A stretch of DNA of 64,000 bases, from positions 772,197 to 836,196 of the forward strand of contig CAVVVA010000005.1 in the NCBI GenBank assembly GCA_963751565.1, written 5' to 3'. Shown in pieces: positions 63,558-64,000 of the stretch; within the stretch, counting starts at the first letter, position 1, and the number at the start of each line of letters is the position of its first letter. The translations under genes and the position numbers were made by a program. The notes beneath the pieces were generated by a model. That model saw nothing but the letters and a program-made list of their open reading frames with translations, was not told where the DNA came from and made no database searches. Source of the stretch: an uncultured Actinomycetes bacterium. Its GTDB lineage: Bacteria; Actinomycetota; Thermoleophilia; UBA2241.

Positions 63558-64000
63558 TCAGGACGTGGCGCTACTCCGCCGGCCCGGGCGTCTCAGCGCG
63601 ACGACCACGACCACGACGACCATGGCAATGACGATGGCGATGACCAGGCCGATGAGCGCCACTTTCGAGCTCGACCTTGTTGCCGCCGCGACACTCACCG
63701 GATGGACGGTCAGGTAGCTCGCCATCACCGGCGAGGTGAAGAACACCCCTCCGCCGCGCCCTGGCGTGCTCTGCCACCCCTGCCAGTCCTTGTAGTTGTA
63801 GGCCTCGACCGACTCCGGGTAGGCCGTCGGGATGTAGGGCGACTGCTGGTAGATGATCTGCTCCATCTGGTGGACGATGGCGGCCCGCTGGGTCGGGTCG
63901 ATCGTCGTCTGCTGCTCGAGGAACAGCTTGTCGTAGAGCGGGTCGGACCAGGCGCAGTCGCTCCAGCTGTTGATCTGGGCGGTCGTGAAGATGCTCAGGA
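63558..64000 (-). CDS. ABC transporter substrate-binding protein, family 5 (peptide/nickel type), 3' part only, with C-terminal TM anchor
   Basis: ..DPLYDKLFLEQQTTIDPTQRAAIVHQMEQIIYQQSPYIPTAYPE..GWQSTPGRGGGVFF then hydrophobic ALIGLVIAIVIAMVVVVVVVAL and RRPGRR. Continues beyond the window end. Confidence 0.55.
   Translation of the reverse strand, partial: LSIFTTAQINSWSDCAWSDPLYDKLFLEQQTTIDPTQRAAIVHQMEQIIYQQSPYIPTAYPESVEAYNYKDWQGWQSTPGRGGGVFFTSPVMASYLTVHPVSVAAATRSSSKVALIGLVIAIVIAMVVVVVVVALRRPGRRSSATS

Overview
High-GC (about 70%) bacterial chromosomal segment, apparently from a draft or long-read assembly. At least 25 single-nucleotide frameshifts are visible, and they cluster in particular genes. 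Left third, 0-24 kb, is ordinary core metabolism. It carries a tetR-ABC transporter operon, a divergent cysH-tauE (APS/PAPS reductase plus sulfite exporter) pair with a perfect TetR-type palindromic operator, and a fragmented addB-addA helicase-nuclease operon coupled to an MTA/SAH-nucleosidase-family gene. It also carries a 7-gene hdrCBA-mvhD-flxCBA-like heterodisulfide-reductase/flavin-oxidoreductase operon in which every junction is a 4-nt ATGA/GTGA overlap. That operon ends in a CheY-like response regulator and faces a divergent GAF sensor kinase and a truncated LuxR-type regulator. A principal-like sigma-70 factor follows. Right two thirds, 25-63 kb, is a rearrangement-rich accessory-like region. 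It holds three diverged direct copies of a tyrosine-integrase 3' end, two copies of its zinc-ribbon 5' end, and one intact integrase. There are IS3 and IS481 debris and truncated dnaJ, hisD and DUF1003 genes. It encodes a roughly 2200-aa secreted adhesin-like protein built from near-identical 300-310-nt tandem Ig-like repeats with a C-terminal DUF1566 domain, and a protein of 14 x 40-aa cysteine-containing TPR-like repeats. A Wzx/Wzy/Wzc polysaccharide locus is present in which the UDP-diacetamido-sugar genes and the priming transferase are riddled with frameshifts while the glycosyltransferases are intact. The region also contains an orphan type IV pilin, yajC, a second sigma-70 paralog, sepF, an S2P protease, a P-II protein and a C-terminally anchored peptide-binding protein. 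No rRNA, tRNA or CRISPR was found.
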